This document shows, one piece after another, positions 1 to 5,134 of a stretch of 5,134 bases of DNA. The notes beneath the pieces are model-generated. The model ran no database searches. It was not told the origin of the DNA and saw only the letters and a list, made by a program, of their open reading frames with translations. This DNA comes from a virus (taxonomy: Duplodnaviria; Heunggongvirae; Uroviricota; Caudoviricetes), in the IMG/VR virus record IMGVR_UViG_2541047722_000007; one strand, given 5' to 3'. Within the stretch, counting starts at the first letter, position 1. Each line of letters starts with the position of its first letter. The position numbers and the translations under genes are program-made.

Positions 1-179
1 AAGCGGAGGTAATACACCGTAAGAGCTGGAAAAACCGTGCAGAAGTGGAACTGGCCACACTCACGTGGGTGGACTGGTATAACAATCGACGATTGCTGGA
101 AAGGCTGGGCCATACTCCTCCGGCAGAAGCAGAAAAAGCTTATTATGCTTCCATCGGAAACGATGATCTGGCAGCCTGA
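1..179 (+). CDS. insF: IS3 transposase OrfB (InsF), C-terminal fragment; 5' end lies outside the window
   Basis: Open frame from the window edge translating ...AEVIHRKSWKNRAEVELATLTWVDWYNNRRLLERLGHTPPAEAEKAYYASIGNDDLAA*, stop TGA at 177-179. Recognised from memory as the IS3 InsF C-terminus. Confidence 0.85.
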   Translation, partial: AEVIHRKSWKNRAEVELATLTWVDWYNNRRLLERLGHTPPAEAEKAYYASIGNDDLAA

Positions 180-182
180 GTT

Positions 183-221
183 CACAGATAAAACACTCTC
201 CAGGAAACCCGGGGCGGTTCA
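183..221. repeat. IS3 terminal inverted repeat (IRR, ~39 bp)
   Basis: CACAGATAAAACACTCTCCAGGAAACCCGGGGCGGTTCA; its reverse complement TGAACCGCCCCGGGTTTCC... begins the second copy at 5033. Confidence 0.7.
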
Positions 222-309
222 GTGGATGCAAAAGGCGTAAGCCCAATATTTGATACCAGACCTCTCCGCGCCGCCATGATTGTCTTTCTCCTGATGCAGG
301 AGGCCAATA

Positions 310-504
310 ATGCTTAGCCCATCTCAATCCCTTCAATACCTGAAAGAAAGCATAGAGCGGGCTTCAATGTGCACAGAGTGGATTCTATCTAGGTTTAGCG
401 CATACAGAAGATTGCCGGTAAAGGGCATGCCAAGCAAGTCGATGCTGCATATGCAAAAGAATGCGCGCTGGAAGGTATGGCGAGAACACAGGTTATGTGG
501 CTGA
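310..504 (+). CDS. hypothetical 64-aa ORF; possibly the 5' part of a frameshifted ybcO-like gene
   Basis: ATG at 310 preceded by a strong Shine-Dalgarno AGGAGG (297-302, 7-nt spacer); stop TGA 502-504. No recognisable homology by eye; overlaps the frame-0 remnant at 399-527. Confidence 0.3.
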   Translation: MLSPSQSLQYLKESIERASMCTEWILSRFSAYRRLPVKGMPSKSMLHMQKNARWKVWREHRLCG

Positions 505-527
505 AAGAGGGGGTTATTAAGGCGTGA
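399..527 (+). pseudogene. 3' remnant of the gene that normally precedes rusA (ybcO-like); no start codon in frame
   Basis: 43-codon open stretch ...[24 protein letters not shown] with stop TGA 525-527 overlapping the rusA GTG start (GTGA), the overlap I recall for ybcO-rusA. In-frame stops at 390-392 and 396-398 close it upstream. Homology is from memory only. Confidence 0.3.
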
Positions 528-886
528 ATACCTACAGCATCACATTACCCTGGCCTCCGAGCAATAATCGCTATTACCGCCATAATCGCGGGCGCACGCA
601 CGTCAGCGCAGAGGGGCAGGCATACCGCGATAACGTCGCCCGAATCATTAAAAACGCAATGCTGGATATCGGCCTGGCTATGCCTGTGAAAATCCGCATT
701 GAGTGCCACATGCCGGATCGCCGTCGCCGTGACCTGGATAATCTGCAAAAAGCCGCTTTTGACGCACTCACTAAAGCAGGTTTCTGGCTGGATGATGCTC
801 AGGTCGTTGATTACCGCGTTGTGAAGATGCCTGTTACCAAAGGTGGGAGGCTGGAACTGACCATCACCGAAATGGGGAATGAATGA
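524..886 (+). CDS. rusA: RusA, crossover junction endodeoxyribonuclease (Holliday-junction resolvase) of DLP12-type prophage
   Basis: 120-aa product [42 protein letters not shown]... matches RusA as I recall it. GTG start at 524; only a weak/distant SD (GAGG ~13 nt upstream). Confidence 0.93.
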   Translation: MNTYSITLPWPPSNNRYYRHNRGRTHVSAEGQAYRDNVARIIKNAMLDIGLAMPVKIRIECHMPDRRRRDLDNLQKAAFDALTKAGFWLDDAQVVDYRVVKMPVTKGGRLELTITEMGNE

Positions 887-1023
887 TGTTTGAGTTTAAT
901 ATGGCAGAACTTCTTCGCCACCGCTGGGGGCGTCTGCGCTTATATCGTTTCCTCGGTTCTGTTTTGACCGATTACCGAATACTGAAGAATTACGCCAAAA
1001 CCCTGACAGGAACAGGAGTATGA
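883..1023 (+). CDS. ylcG: YlcG-like small protein (46 aa), DLP12-type prophage
   Basis: ATGATG start overlapping the rusA stop (ATGA); translation [46 protein letters not shown], stop 1021-1023. Below the 60-aa cutoff of the ORF track; recognised from memory. Confidence 0.65.
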   Translation: MMFEFNMAELLRHRWGRLRLYRFLGSVLTDYRILKNYAKTLTGTGV

Positions 1024-1108
1024 AGTCAGAGATAACAATCAACTAATACTGTTTTGTTGATTTTTGCTTGTAATTGGCGTTCTGGTCTGATTTTTGTGGA
1101 GTAAGTTG

Positions 1109-1492
1109 ATGCGTGATATTCAGATGGTTCTTGAGCGTTGGGGTGCGTGGGCGGCTAATAATCATGAAGATGTGACCTGGTCGTCCATTGCCGCCGGTTT
1201 TAAGGGATTAATTCCTTCAAAAGTAAAATCTCGCCCGCAATGTTGTGACGATGACGCGATGATCATTTGCGGGTGCATGGCCCGTCTGAAAAAGAACAAC
1301 AGCGATTTACACGATTTATTAGTAGATTATTATGTATGTGGTATGACATTCATGTCACTGGCAAGTAAGCATTGCTGCTCGGATGGTTATATCGGGAAAA
1401 GGTTACAGAAGGCTGAGGGCATAATTGAAGGGATGTTAATGGCATTAGATATCCGGTTAGATATGGATATCGTTGCTAATAATTCTAATTGA
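1109..1492 (+). CDS. quuD: Late-gene antiterminator Q (phage 82 / DLP12 QuuD type), 127 aa
   Basis: [49 protein letters not shown]... ; ATG at 1109 with GGAG SD 7-8 nt upstream. The TTG at 1094 used by the ORF track is probably a spurious extension. Confidence 0.9.
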   Translation: MRDIQMVLERWGAWAANNHEDVTWSSIAAGFKGLIPSKVKSRPQCCDDDAMIICGCMARLKKNNSDLHDLLVDYYVCGMTFMSLASKHCCSDGYIGKRLQKAEGIIEGMLMALDIRLDMDIVANNSN

Positions 1493-1629
1493 TATGCAAT
1501 TGTTTACTAAAAGTTATTAAAAATGGGGCGTGGAAACGCCCCCAAAATAAAGGGTAATATATAACAGAAGGTTTATATAGTAAGAAGCAAGGTAGTGCTT
1601 CTAAAGGAAGTGGCTTGAGGGCTCCACTT
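1493..1629 (+). promoter_or_regulatory. Putative late promoter (PR') / Q-utilisation region immediately downstream of Q
   Basis: Placed by position only, by analogy with lambdoid phages where PR' and qut follow Q. AT-rich; I could not pin down convincing -35/-10 hexamers. Confidence 0.3.
1525..1542. other. GC-rich hairpin GGGGCG-TGGAAA-CGCCCC; candidate minus-strand terminator or pause/structure element
   Basis: 6-bp GC stem with 6-nt loop. On the minus strand it is followed by a U-rich tract (ATTTTTAATAACTTTT), which could end the porin transcript. Confidence 0.3.
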
Positions 1630-1669
1630 ATATGTTGCGGAGGCAAAGCCTCCCGCAACATATCTTTTT
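1630..1669 (+). terminator. Rho-independent terminator (tR'-like), plus strand
   Basis: ATATGTTGCGGAGGC-AAA-GCCTCCCGCAACATAT: ~15-bp stem with one bulge, followed by CTTTTT. The minus-strand reading has no U tract, so it looks unidirectional. Confidence 0.7.
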
Positions 1670-1680
1670 CGTAAGTCAGA

Positions 1681-2763
1681 TTAGAACTGATAAACCAGAC
1701 CTACAGCGACGATGTCGTCGGTATCAATACCAGCTGTTTTGGTAAACTTACTATCGTCAATTAAGTTGATTTTGTAATCAACAAAAGTGGACATGTTTTT
1801 ATTAAAGTAGTAAGTAGCACCGACATCGACATACTTGACTAAGTCTCGGTCACCATGAACACCAAGGTCTTTACCTTTTGACTGAAGGTAAGCAACAGAT
1901 GGACGCAGACCGAAGTCAAACTGATATTGTGCTACTGCTTCAAAGTTTTGTGCTTTGTTTGCAATATGGTTATTACCAAAAACGGTCATATTCTGAGTTT
2001 CAGAATATGTGGTAGCCAGATAGATATTGTTCGCATCATATTTCAGGCCTGCAGCCCATACTTCCGCATTTTTGCCGGAGGCATTGAATTTGCTCTTACC
2101 ATAGGCGACCTGACCGTCAGTGCGATCTGATTTAGCATAGGTTGCACCCACGCCGAATCCTTCATACTCATAAGTAGTGGAGAAACCGAAACCATCACCA
2201 TTGGCTTCAGTTACGTCAGTGCGGTCATTTTTACCCTGATACTGAGCAGCAAAGTTCAGGCCATCGACCAGACCAAAGAAGTCGTTGTTACGATAAGTTG
2301 CAACACCAGTAGTGCGACCAGTCATGAACACATCTGTTTGGGTCCAGGTATCACCACCGAATTCTGGCAGAACGTCAGTCCACGCACCGATGTCGTATGC
2401 TACACCGTAGTTACGGCCGTAATCGATTGAGCCGTAATCACCAAATTTCAGGCCTGCAAATGCAAGACGGGTTTTGTCTTTGGAAGAACCTTGAGATTCA
2501 GCACGGTTGCCTTTGAATTCATATTCCCACTGACCGAAACCAGTCAGTTGATCGTTGATTTGGGTTTCACCTTTGAAGCCAAGACGGGCATAAGTAGTAT
2601 CACCATCATCTGCATCATTAGAGGAGAAGTAGTGCTTGGCATTAACTTTCCCGTATAGATCCAGCTTGTTACTGTCTTTATTATAAATTTCAGCTGCCTG
2701 AGCAGACATCGCCATCAGTACTGATGCAGCTACAGCAGAAATTGCCACTGTTAATTTTTTCAT
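1681..2763 (-). CDS. nmpC: Outer-membrane porin, NmpC/OmpD/Lc type (OmpC/OmpF family), intact, 360 aa
   Basis: [23 protein letters not shown] signal peptide, then [17 protein letters not shown]...; PEFGGD loop-3 motif; C-terminal ...VGLVYQF beta-barrel signature. ATG at 2763 (the ORF track's upstream start at 2823 adds 20 unlikely residues). Confidence 0.93.
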   Translation of the reverse strand: MKKLTVAISAVAASVLMAMSAQAAEIYNKDSNKLDLYGKVNAKHYFSSNDADDGDTTYARLGFKGETQINDQLTGFGQWEYEFKGNRAESQGSSKDKTRLAFAGLKFGDYGSIDYGRNYGVAYDIGAWTDVLPEFGGDTWTQTDVFMTGRTTGVATYRNNDFFGLVDGLNFAAQYQGKNDRTDVTEANGDGFGFSTTYEYEGFGVGATYAKSDRTDGQVAYGKSKFNASGKNAEVWAAGLKYDANNIYLATTYSETQNMTVFGNNHIANKAQNFEAVAQYQFDFGLRPSVAYLQSKGKDLGVHGDRDLVKYVDVGATYYFNKNMSTFVDYKINLIDDSKFTKTAGIDTDDIVAVGLVYQF

Positions 2764-2974
2764 TGTACGCCCTTTTTTTGAACTATTATTAAAAAATGAT
2801 GTCACTGCGCGATAAATATTCATCTAATCAATGTGATTATTTCAAGATGTAAGTTTTAGTTTCTCATTTAATTTGTGAAGTAGATCTCTATTTTTATCTG
2901 AACCTTTTCTATCTAATCCTATTCATGGCTCTTGTCTGAACAAAAATAAATCTATTAGCTAATTTATATTAATG

Positions 2975-2992
2975 GCACTTATTTATAAGTGC
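2975..2992. repeat. Inverted repeat GCACTTAT-TT-ATAAGTGC (8 bp arms, 2-bp spacer); candidate protein-binding site
   Basis: Read directly from the sequence; ~210 bp upstream of the porin start codon. Confidence 0.4.
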
Positions 2993-3131
2993 TCTATAAT
3001 TCTTTAGCTTAATTTAAACAAACTAAAAATAACATCGGAAATTATTAACTGGTTATTTGTTGAAGTTTTCTTATGCATTTGTGGTGGTGTTTTGAACACT
3101 CGGTGGCATTCTCACAAATATCATTTAGTAG

Positions 3132-3145
3132 TTTACGTACGTAAA
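3132..3145. repeat. Perfect 14-bp palindrome TTTACGTACGTAAA; candidate operator
   Basis: Exact self-complementarity read from the sequence; overlaps the candidate -35 of the promoter-like element below. Confidence 0.45.
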
Positions 3146-3159
3146 AAATTGGTTATGCT
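3132..3159 (+). promoter_or_regulatory. Candidate sigma70-type promoter (-35 TTTACG, 16-bp spacer, -10 TATGCT with an upstream TGG)
   Basis: Hexamers found by eye; a start near 3166 would give a ~55-nt transcript ending at the 3190-3222 terminator. Confidence 0.3.
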
Positions 3160-3189
3160 GTTAAGAGTGGTTACTTCGTCACACAGCTT

Positions 3190-3222
3190 AAACCCGCCGT
3201 CGAGCGGGTTTTTCCATTTTTT
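3190..3222 (+). terminator. Rho-independent terminator, plus strand, ~130 bp upstream of the holin
   Basis: AAACCCGC-CGTCGA-GCGGGTTT (8-bp stem) followed by TTTTTCCATTTTTT. No plus-strand gene lies upstream of it. Confidence 0.65.
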
Positions 3223-3351
3223 GAGTCTCGATATTAGCTGATAACCCAATACCTGAGTTATTCACTGACTCCGAATCTGTTACGTTTCTGCCTTTATTGC
3301 GATACGTAGTATCCCCTTAATTTACACCCGCTTTGTCTGCGAGGTGGGGTT

Positions 3352-3567
3352 ATGAAATCCATGGATAAGTTAACAACGGGTGTCGCCTATGGTACCTCAG
3401 CAGGTAGTGCCGGGTACTGGTTTTTACAGTTGCTCGATAAAGTCACGCCCTCACAGTGGGCGGCAATAGGTGTGCTGGGTAGCCTGGTATTTGGCCTGCT
3501 GACGTACCTGACAAACCTTTATTTCAAGATTAAAGAAGATAAGCGCAAGGCTGCGAGAGGTGAATAA
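3352..3567 (+). CDS. essD: Class II holin / pinholin (phage 21 S21-type; DLP12 EssD), 71 aa, with dual-start motif
   Basis: [71 protein letters not shown]; Met1 and Met4 give the antiholin/holin pair; two predicted TMDs; SD GAGGTGGGG upstream. Confidence 0.92.
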
Positions 3568-4064
3568 TGCCTCCATCATTACGAAAAGCCGTTGCTGCTG
3601 CTATTGGTGGCGGAGCAATTGCTATAGCATCAGTGTTAATCACTGGCCCAAGTGGTAACGATGGTCTGGAAGGTGTCAGCTACATACCATACAAAGATAT
3701 TGTTGGTGTATGGACTGTATGTCACGGGCATACAGGAAAAGACATCATGCTCGGTAAAACGTATACCAAAGCAGAATGCAAAGCCCTCCTGAATAAAGAC
3801 CTTGCCACGGTCGCCAGACAAATTAACCCGTACATCAAAGTCGATATACCGGAAACAATGCGCGGCGCTCTTTACTCATTCGTTTACAACGTGGGTGCTG
3901 GCAATTTCAGAACATCGACGCTTCTTCGCAAAATAAACCAGGGCGATATCAAAGGCGCATGTGATCAGCTACGTCGCTGGACATATGCTGGCGGTAAGCA
4001 ATGGAAAGGTCTCATGACTCGTCGTGAGATTGAGCGTGAAATCTGTTTGTGGGGTCAGCAATGA
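3567..4064 (+). CDS. rrrD: SAR (signal-anchor-release) endolysin, lysozyme R21 type (DLP12 RrrD), 165 aa
   Basis: N-terminal Gly/Ala-rich SAR domain [20 protein letters not shown]; E35, D44 and T50 present at the positions of the R21 catalytic triad; ATG overlaps the holin stop (TAATG). Confidence 0.95.
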   Translation: MPPSLRKAVAAAIGGGAIAIASVLITGPSGNDGLEGVSYIPYKDIVGVWTVCHGHTGKDIMLGKTYTKAECKALLNKDLATVARQINPYIKVDIPETMRGALYSFVYNVGAGNFRTSTLLRKINQGDIKGACDQLRRWTYAGGKQWKGLMTRREIEREICLWGQQ

Positions 4065-4522
4065 ACAGAGTAACCGCGATTATCTCCGCTCTGGTTATCT
4101 GCATCATCGTCTGCCTGTCATGGGCTGTTAATCATTACCGTGATAACGCCATTACCTACAAAGCCCAGCGCGACAAAAATGCCAGAGAACTGACGCTGGC
4201 GAACGCGGTAATTACTGACATACAGATGCGTCAGCGTGATGTTGCTGCGCTCGATGCAAAATACACGAAGGAGTTAGCTGATGCGAAAGCTGAAAATGAT
4301 GCTCTGCGTGATGATGTTGCCGCTGGTCGTCGTCGGTTGCACATCAAAGCAGTCTGTCAGTCAGTGCGTGAAGCCACCACCGCCTCCGGCGTGGATAATG
4401 CAGCCTCCCCCCGACTGGCAGACACCGCTGAACGGGATTATTTCACCCTCAGAGAGAGGCTGATCACTATGCAAAAACAACTGGAAGGAACCCAGAAGTA
4501 TATTAATGAGCAGTGCAGATAG
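4061..4522 (+). CDS. rzpD: Spanin inner-membrane subunit Rz (i-spanin; DLP12 RzpD), 153 aa
   Basis: [24 protein letters not shown]-terminal TMD followed by a charged, coiled-coil-like periplasmic domain; ATG at 4061 overlaps the endolysin stop (ATGA). The GTG at 4049 in the ORF track is probably an extension. Confidence 0.9.
   Translation: MNRVTAIISALVICIIVCLSWAVNHYRDNAITYKAQRDKNARELTLANAVITDIQMRQRDVAALDAKYTKELADAKAENDALRDDVAAGRRRLHIKAVCQSVREATTASGVDNAASPRLADTAERDYFTLRERLITMQKQLEGTQKYINEQCR
4281..4463 (+). CDS. rzoD: Spanin outer-membrane lipoprotein Rz1 (o-spanin; DLP12 RzoD), 60 aa, fully embedded in Rz in the +1 frame
   Basis: [20 protein letters not shown] (lipobox ending in Cys) followed by a proline-rich mature region (PPPPP, PPP); AAGGAG SD 8 nt upstream of the ATG. 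Confidence 0.85.
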   Translation: MRKLKMMLCVMMLPLVVVGCTSKQSVSQCVKPPPPPAWIMQPPPDWQTPLNGIISPSERG

Positions 4523-4526
4523 AGCT

Positions 4527-4542
4527 GCCCATATCGATGGGC
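4527..4542. other. Short hairpin GCCCAT-ATCG-ATGGGC between the convergent Rz and bor stops; weak bidirectional terminator candidate
   Basis: 6-bp stem, 4-nt loop, no strong U tract on either side. Confidence 0.25.
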
Positions 4543-4553
4543 AACTCATGCAA

Positions 4554-4847
4554 TTATTGTGAGCAATACACACGCGCTTCCAGCGGAGTATAAATGCCTA
4601 AAGTAATAAAACCGAGCAATCCATTTACGAATGTTTGCTGGGTTTCTGTTTTAACAACATTTTCTGCACCACCACAAATTTTTGCTGCATCGACAGTTTT
4701 CTTCTGCCCAATTCCCGAAACGAAGAAATGATGGGTGATGGTTTCCTTTGGTGTTACTGCTGTAGGTTTGTTTCCAACAGTAAACGTCTGTTGAGCACAT
4801 CCTGTAATAAGCATTGCCAGAGCGGCAGAAAACAACATTTTTTTCAT
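4554..4847 (-). CDS. borD: Bor lipoprotein (serum-resistance moron of lambdoid phages; DLP12 BorD), 97 aa
   Basis: MKKMLFSAALAMLITGCAQQTFTV... lipobox LITGC; C-terminal ...GIYTPLEARVYCSQ; ATG at 4847 with AGGA SD. The ORF track's start at 4895 is a 16-codon extension. Confidence 0.92.
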   Translation of the reverse strand: MKKMLFSAALAMLITGCAQQTFTVGNKPTAVTPKETITHHFFVSGIGQKKTVDAAKICGGAENVVKTETQQTFVNGLLGFITLGIYTPLEARVYCSQ

Positions 4848-5032
4848 CTTATTATCCTGCATTGTTAAAAACGGCAGAATCCTATGTGACAACAATTAAA
4901 CGATAGTTAAATGGATTGATGAAAATTAAAACTACACAGGTGGGCTCAGACTATTGGAGGAAGTTGGGGACACTCAGAATCCTGTGGAATGAAATAAACC
5001 GGTCTATCCGTCCATTACCCTTTTAGCTGCGC

Positions 5033-5134
5033 TGAACCGCCCCGGGTTTCCTGGAGAGTGTTTTATCTGTGAACTCAGGCTGCCAGATCATCGTTTCCGA
5101 TGGAAGCATAATAAGCTTTTTCTGCTTCTGCCGG
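5033..5134 (-). mobile_element. IS3 right-hand end, partial, inverted relative to the copy at 1-221; element continues beyond the 3' window edge
   Basis: 5033-5134 is the exact reverse complement of 120-221 (102 bp); starts TGAACCGCCCCGGG at 5033. Confidence 0.85.
5075..5134 (-). CDS. insF: IS3 transposase OrfB (InsF), C-terminal fragment (19 codons plus stop); 5' end outside the window
   Basis: Reverse complement encodes ...PAEAEKAYYASIGNDDLAA*, identical to the left-copy terminus. Confidence 0.8.
   Translation of the reverse strand, partial: PAEAEKAYYASIGNDDLAA

Larger units (their letters stand above)
1..221 (+). mobile_element. IS3 (IS3 family) right-hand end, partial; element continues beyond the 5' window edge
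   Basis: Frame-3 translation gives the characteristic IS3 OrfB/InsF C-terminus; element ends ...CCCGGGGCGGTTCA at 221, matching the IS3 terminal inverted repeat as I recall it. Positions 120-221 are an exact reverse complement of 5033-5134. Confidence 0.85.
2764..3189. promoter_or_regulatory. AT-rich intergenic control region (porin promoter on the minus strand; elements upstream of the lysis cassette)
   Basis: Long A/T runs and no ORF of note; lies between the porin start and the plus-strand terminator at 3190; contains the palindromes at 2975-2992 and 3132-3145. Confidence 0.5.

Noticed and set aside
37-240. 67-aa plus-strand ORF from the six-frame track
   Set aside because: Out of frame with the clearly recognisable IS3 transposase C-terminus occupying the same DNA, and it runs across the IS3 boundary at 221; almost certainly spurious.
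183-260. Possible outward-facing hybrid promoter formed by the IS3 end and flanking DNA
   Set aside because: I could not find a convincing -35/-10 pair with proper spacing across the junction; any activation of rusA is more plausibly by read-through, and remains inference.
61-336. 91-aa minus-strand ORF
   Set aside because: Antisense to the IS3 transposase and spanning the IS3/flank junction; no SD; no recognisable sequence features.
545-771. Two minus-strand ORFs (545-748, 574-771) inside rusA
   Set aside because: Antisense to a confidently identified gene; Arg/Ser-rich translations typical of the reverse frame of a coding region.
1094-1108. TTG start for Q proposed by the ORF track
   Set aside because: The ATG at 1109 has a properly spaced GGAG SD and gives the expected 127-aa Q protein; the five extra residues are probably not translated.
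1927-2130. 67-aa plus-strand ORF inside the porin gene
   Set aside because: Antisense to the intact porin; Cys/Phe-rich low-complexity translation.
2764-2823. 20-codon N-terminal extension of the porin ([20 protein letters not shown]) in the ORF track
   Set aside because: The canonical signal peptide begins at the internal Met (2763), which has its own purine-rich SD; the extension would bury the signal peptide.
3636-3821. 61-aa minus-strand ORF inside the endolysin gene
   Set aside because: Antisense to a confidently identified gene; no SD.
4049-4060. GTG start at 4049 for Rz
   Set aside because: The ATG at 4061 overlaps the endolysin stop in the usual coupled arrangement and begins directly at the Rz transmembrane segment.
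4361-4573. 70-aa minus-strand ORF overlapping Rz/Rz1
   Set aside because: Its Gly/Cys-rich translation is simply the reverse complement of the Rz1 proline-rich stretch; no independent support.
4635-4868. 77-aa plus-strand ORF and the 16-codon upstream extension of bor (to 4895)
   Set aside because: The plus-strand ORF is antisense to bor. The bor extension lacks an SD, whereas the Met at 4847 has one and starts the lipoprotein signal peptide.
1-5134. CRISPR arrays, tRNA/rRNA genes, integrase or attachment sites, toxin-antitoxin or restriction-type defence genes
   Set aside because: No regularly spaced direct repeats, no tRNA-like cloverleaf candidates, and no unassigned ORF large enough to encode such functions were seen in the window.

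Overview
This window reads as the late-regulatory and lysis region of a DLP12-type lambdoid cryptic prophage (E. coli-like), bracketed at both edges by partial IS3 copies in inverted orientation. I did not find an unexplained multi-gene system: every large ORF is accounted for by a recognisable prophage or IS gene. All identifications are from reading the sequence and protein recall, with no database search run. Left to right: IS3 right end carrying the transposase C-terminus (1-221); an ambiguous, probably decayed stretch (222-523); rusA (Holliday-junction resolvase); ylcG; the Q-type late antiterminator (quuD); a strong intrinsic terminator; an intact nmpC/Lc-type porin on the minus strand; a ~590-bp AT-rich intergenic region holding two palindromes and a second plus-strand terminator; a phage-21-type lysis cassette (pinholin, SAR endolysin, Rz with embedded Rz1); bor lipoprotein on the minus strand; and the second IS3 end (5033-5134). 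The points most worth a second look are the IS3 bracket (one copy immediately upstream of the normally cryptic rusA) and the orphan promoter/palindrome/terminator module just upstream of the holin.
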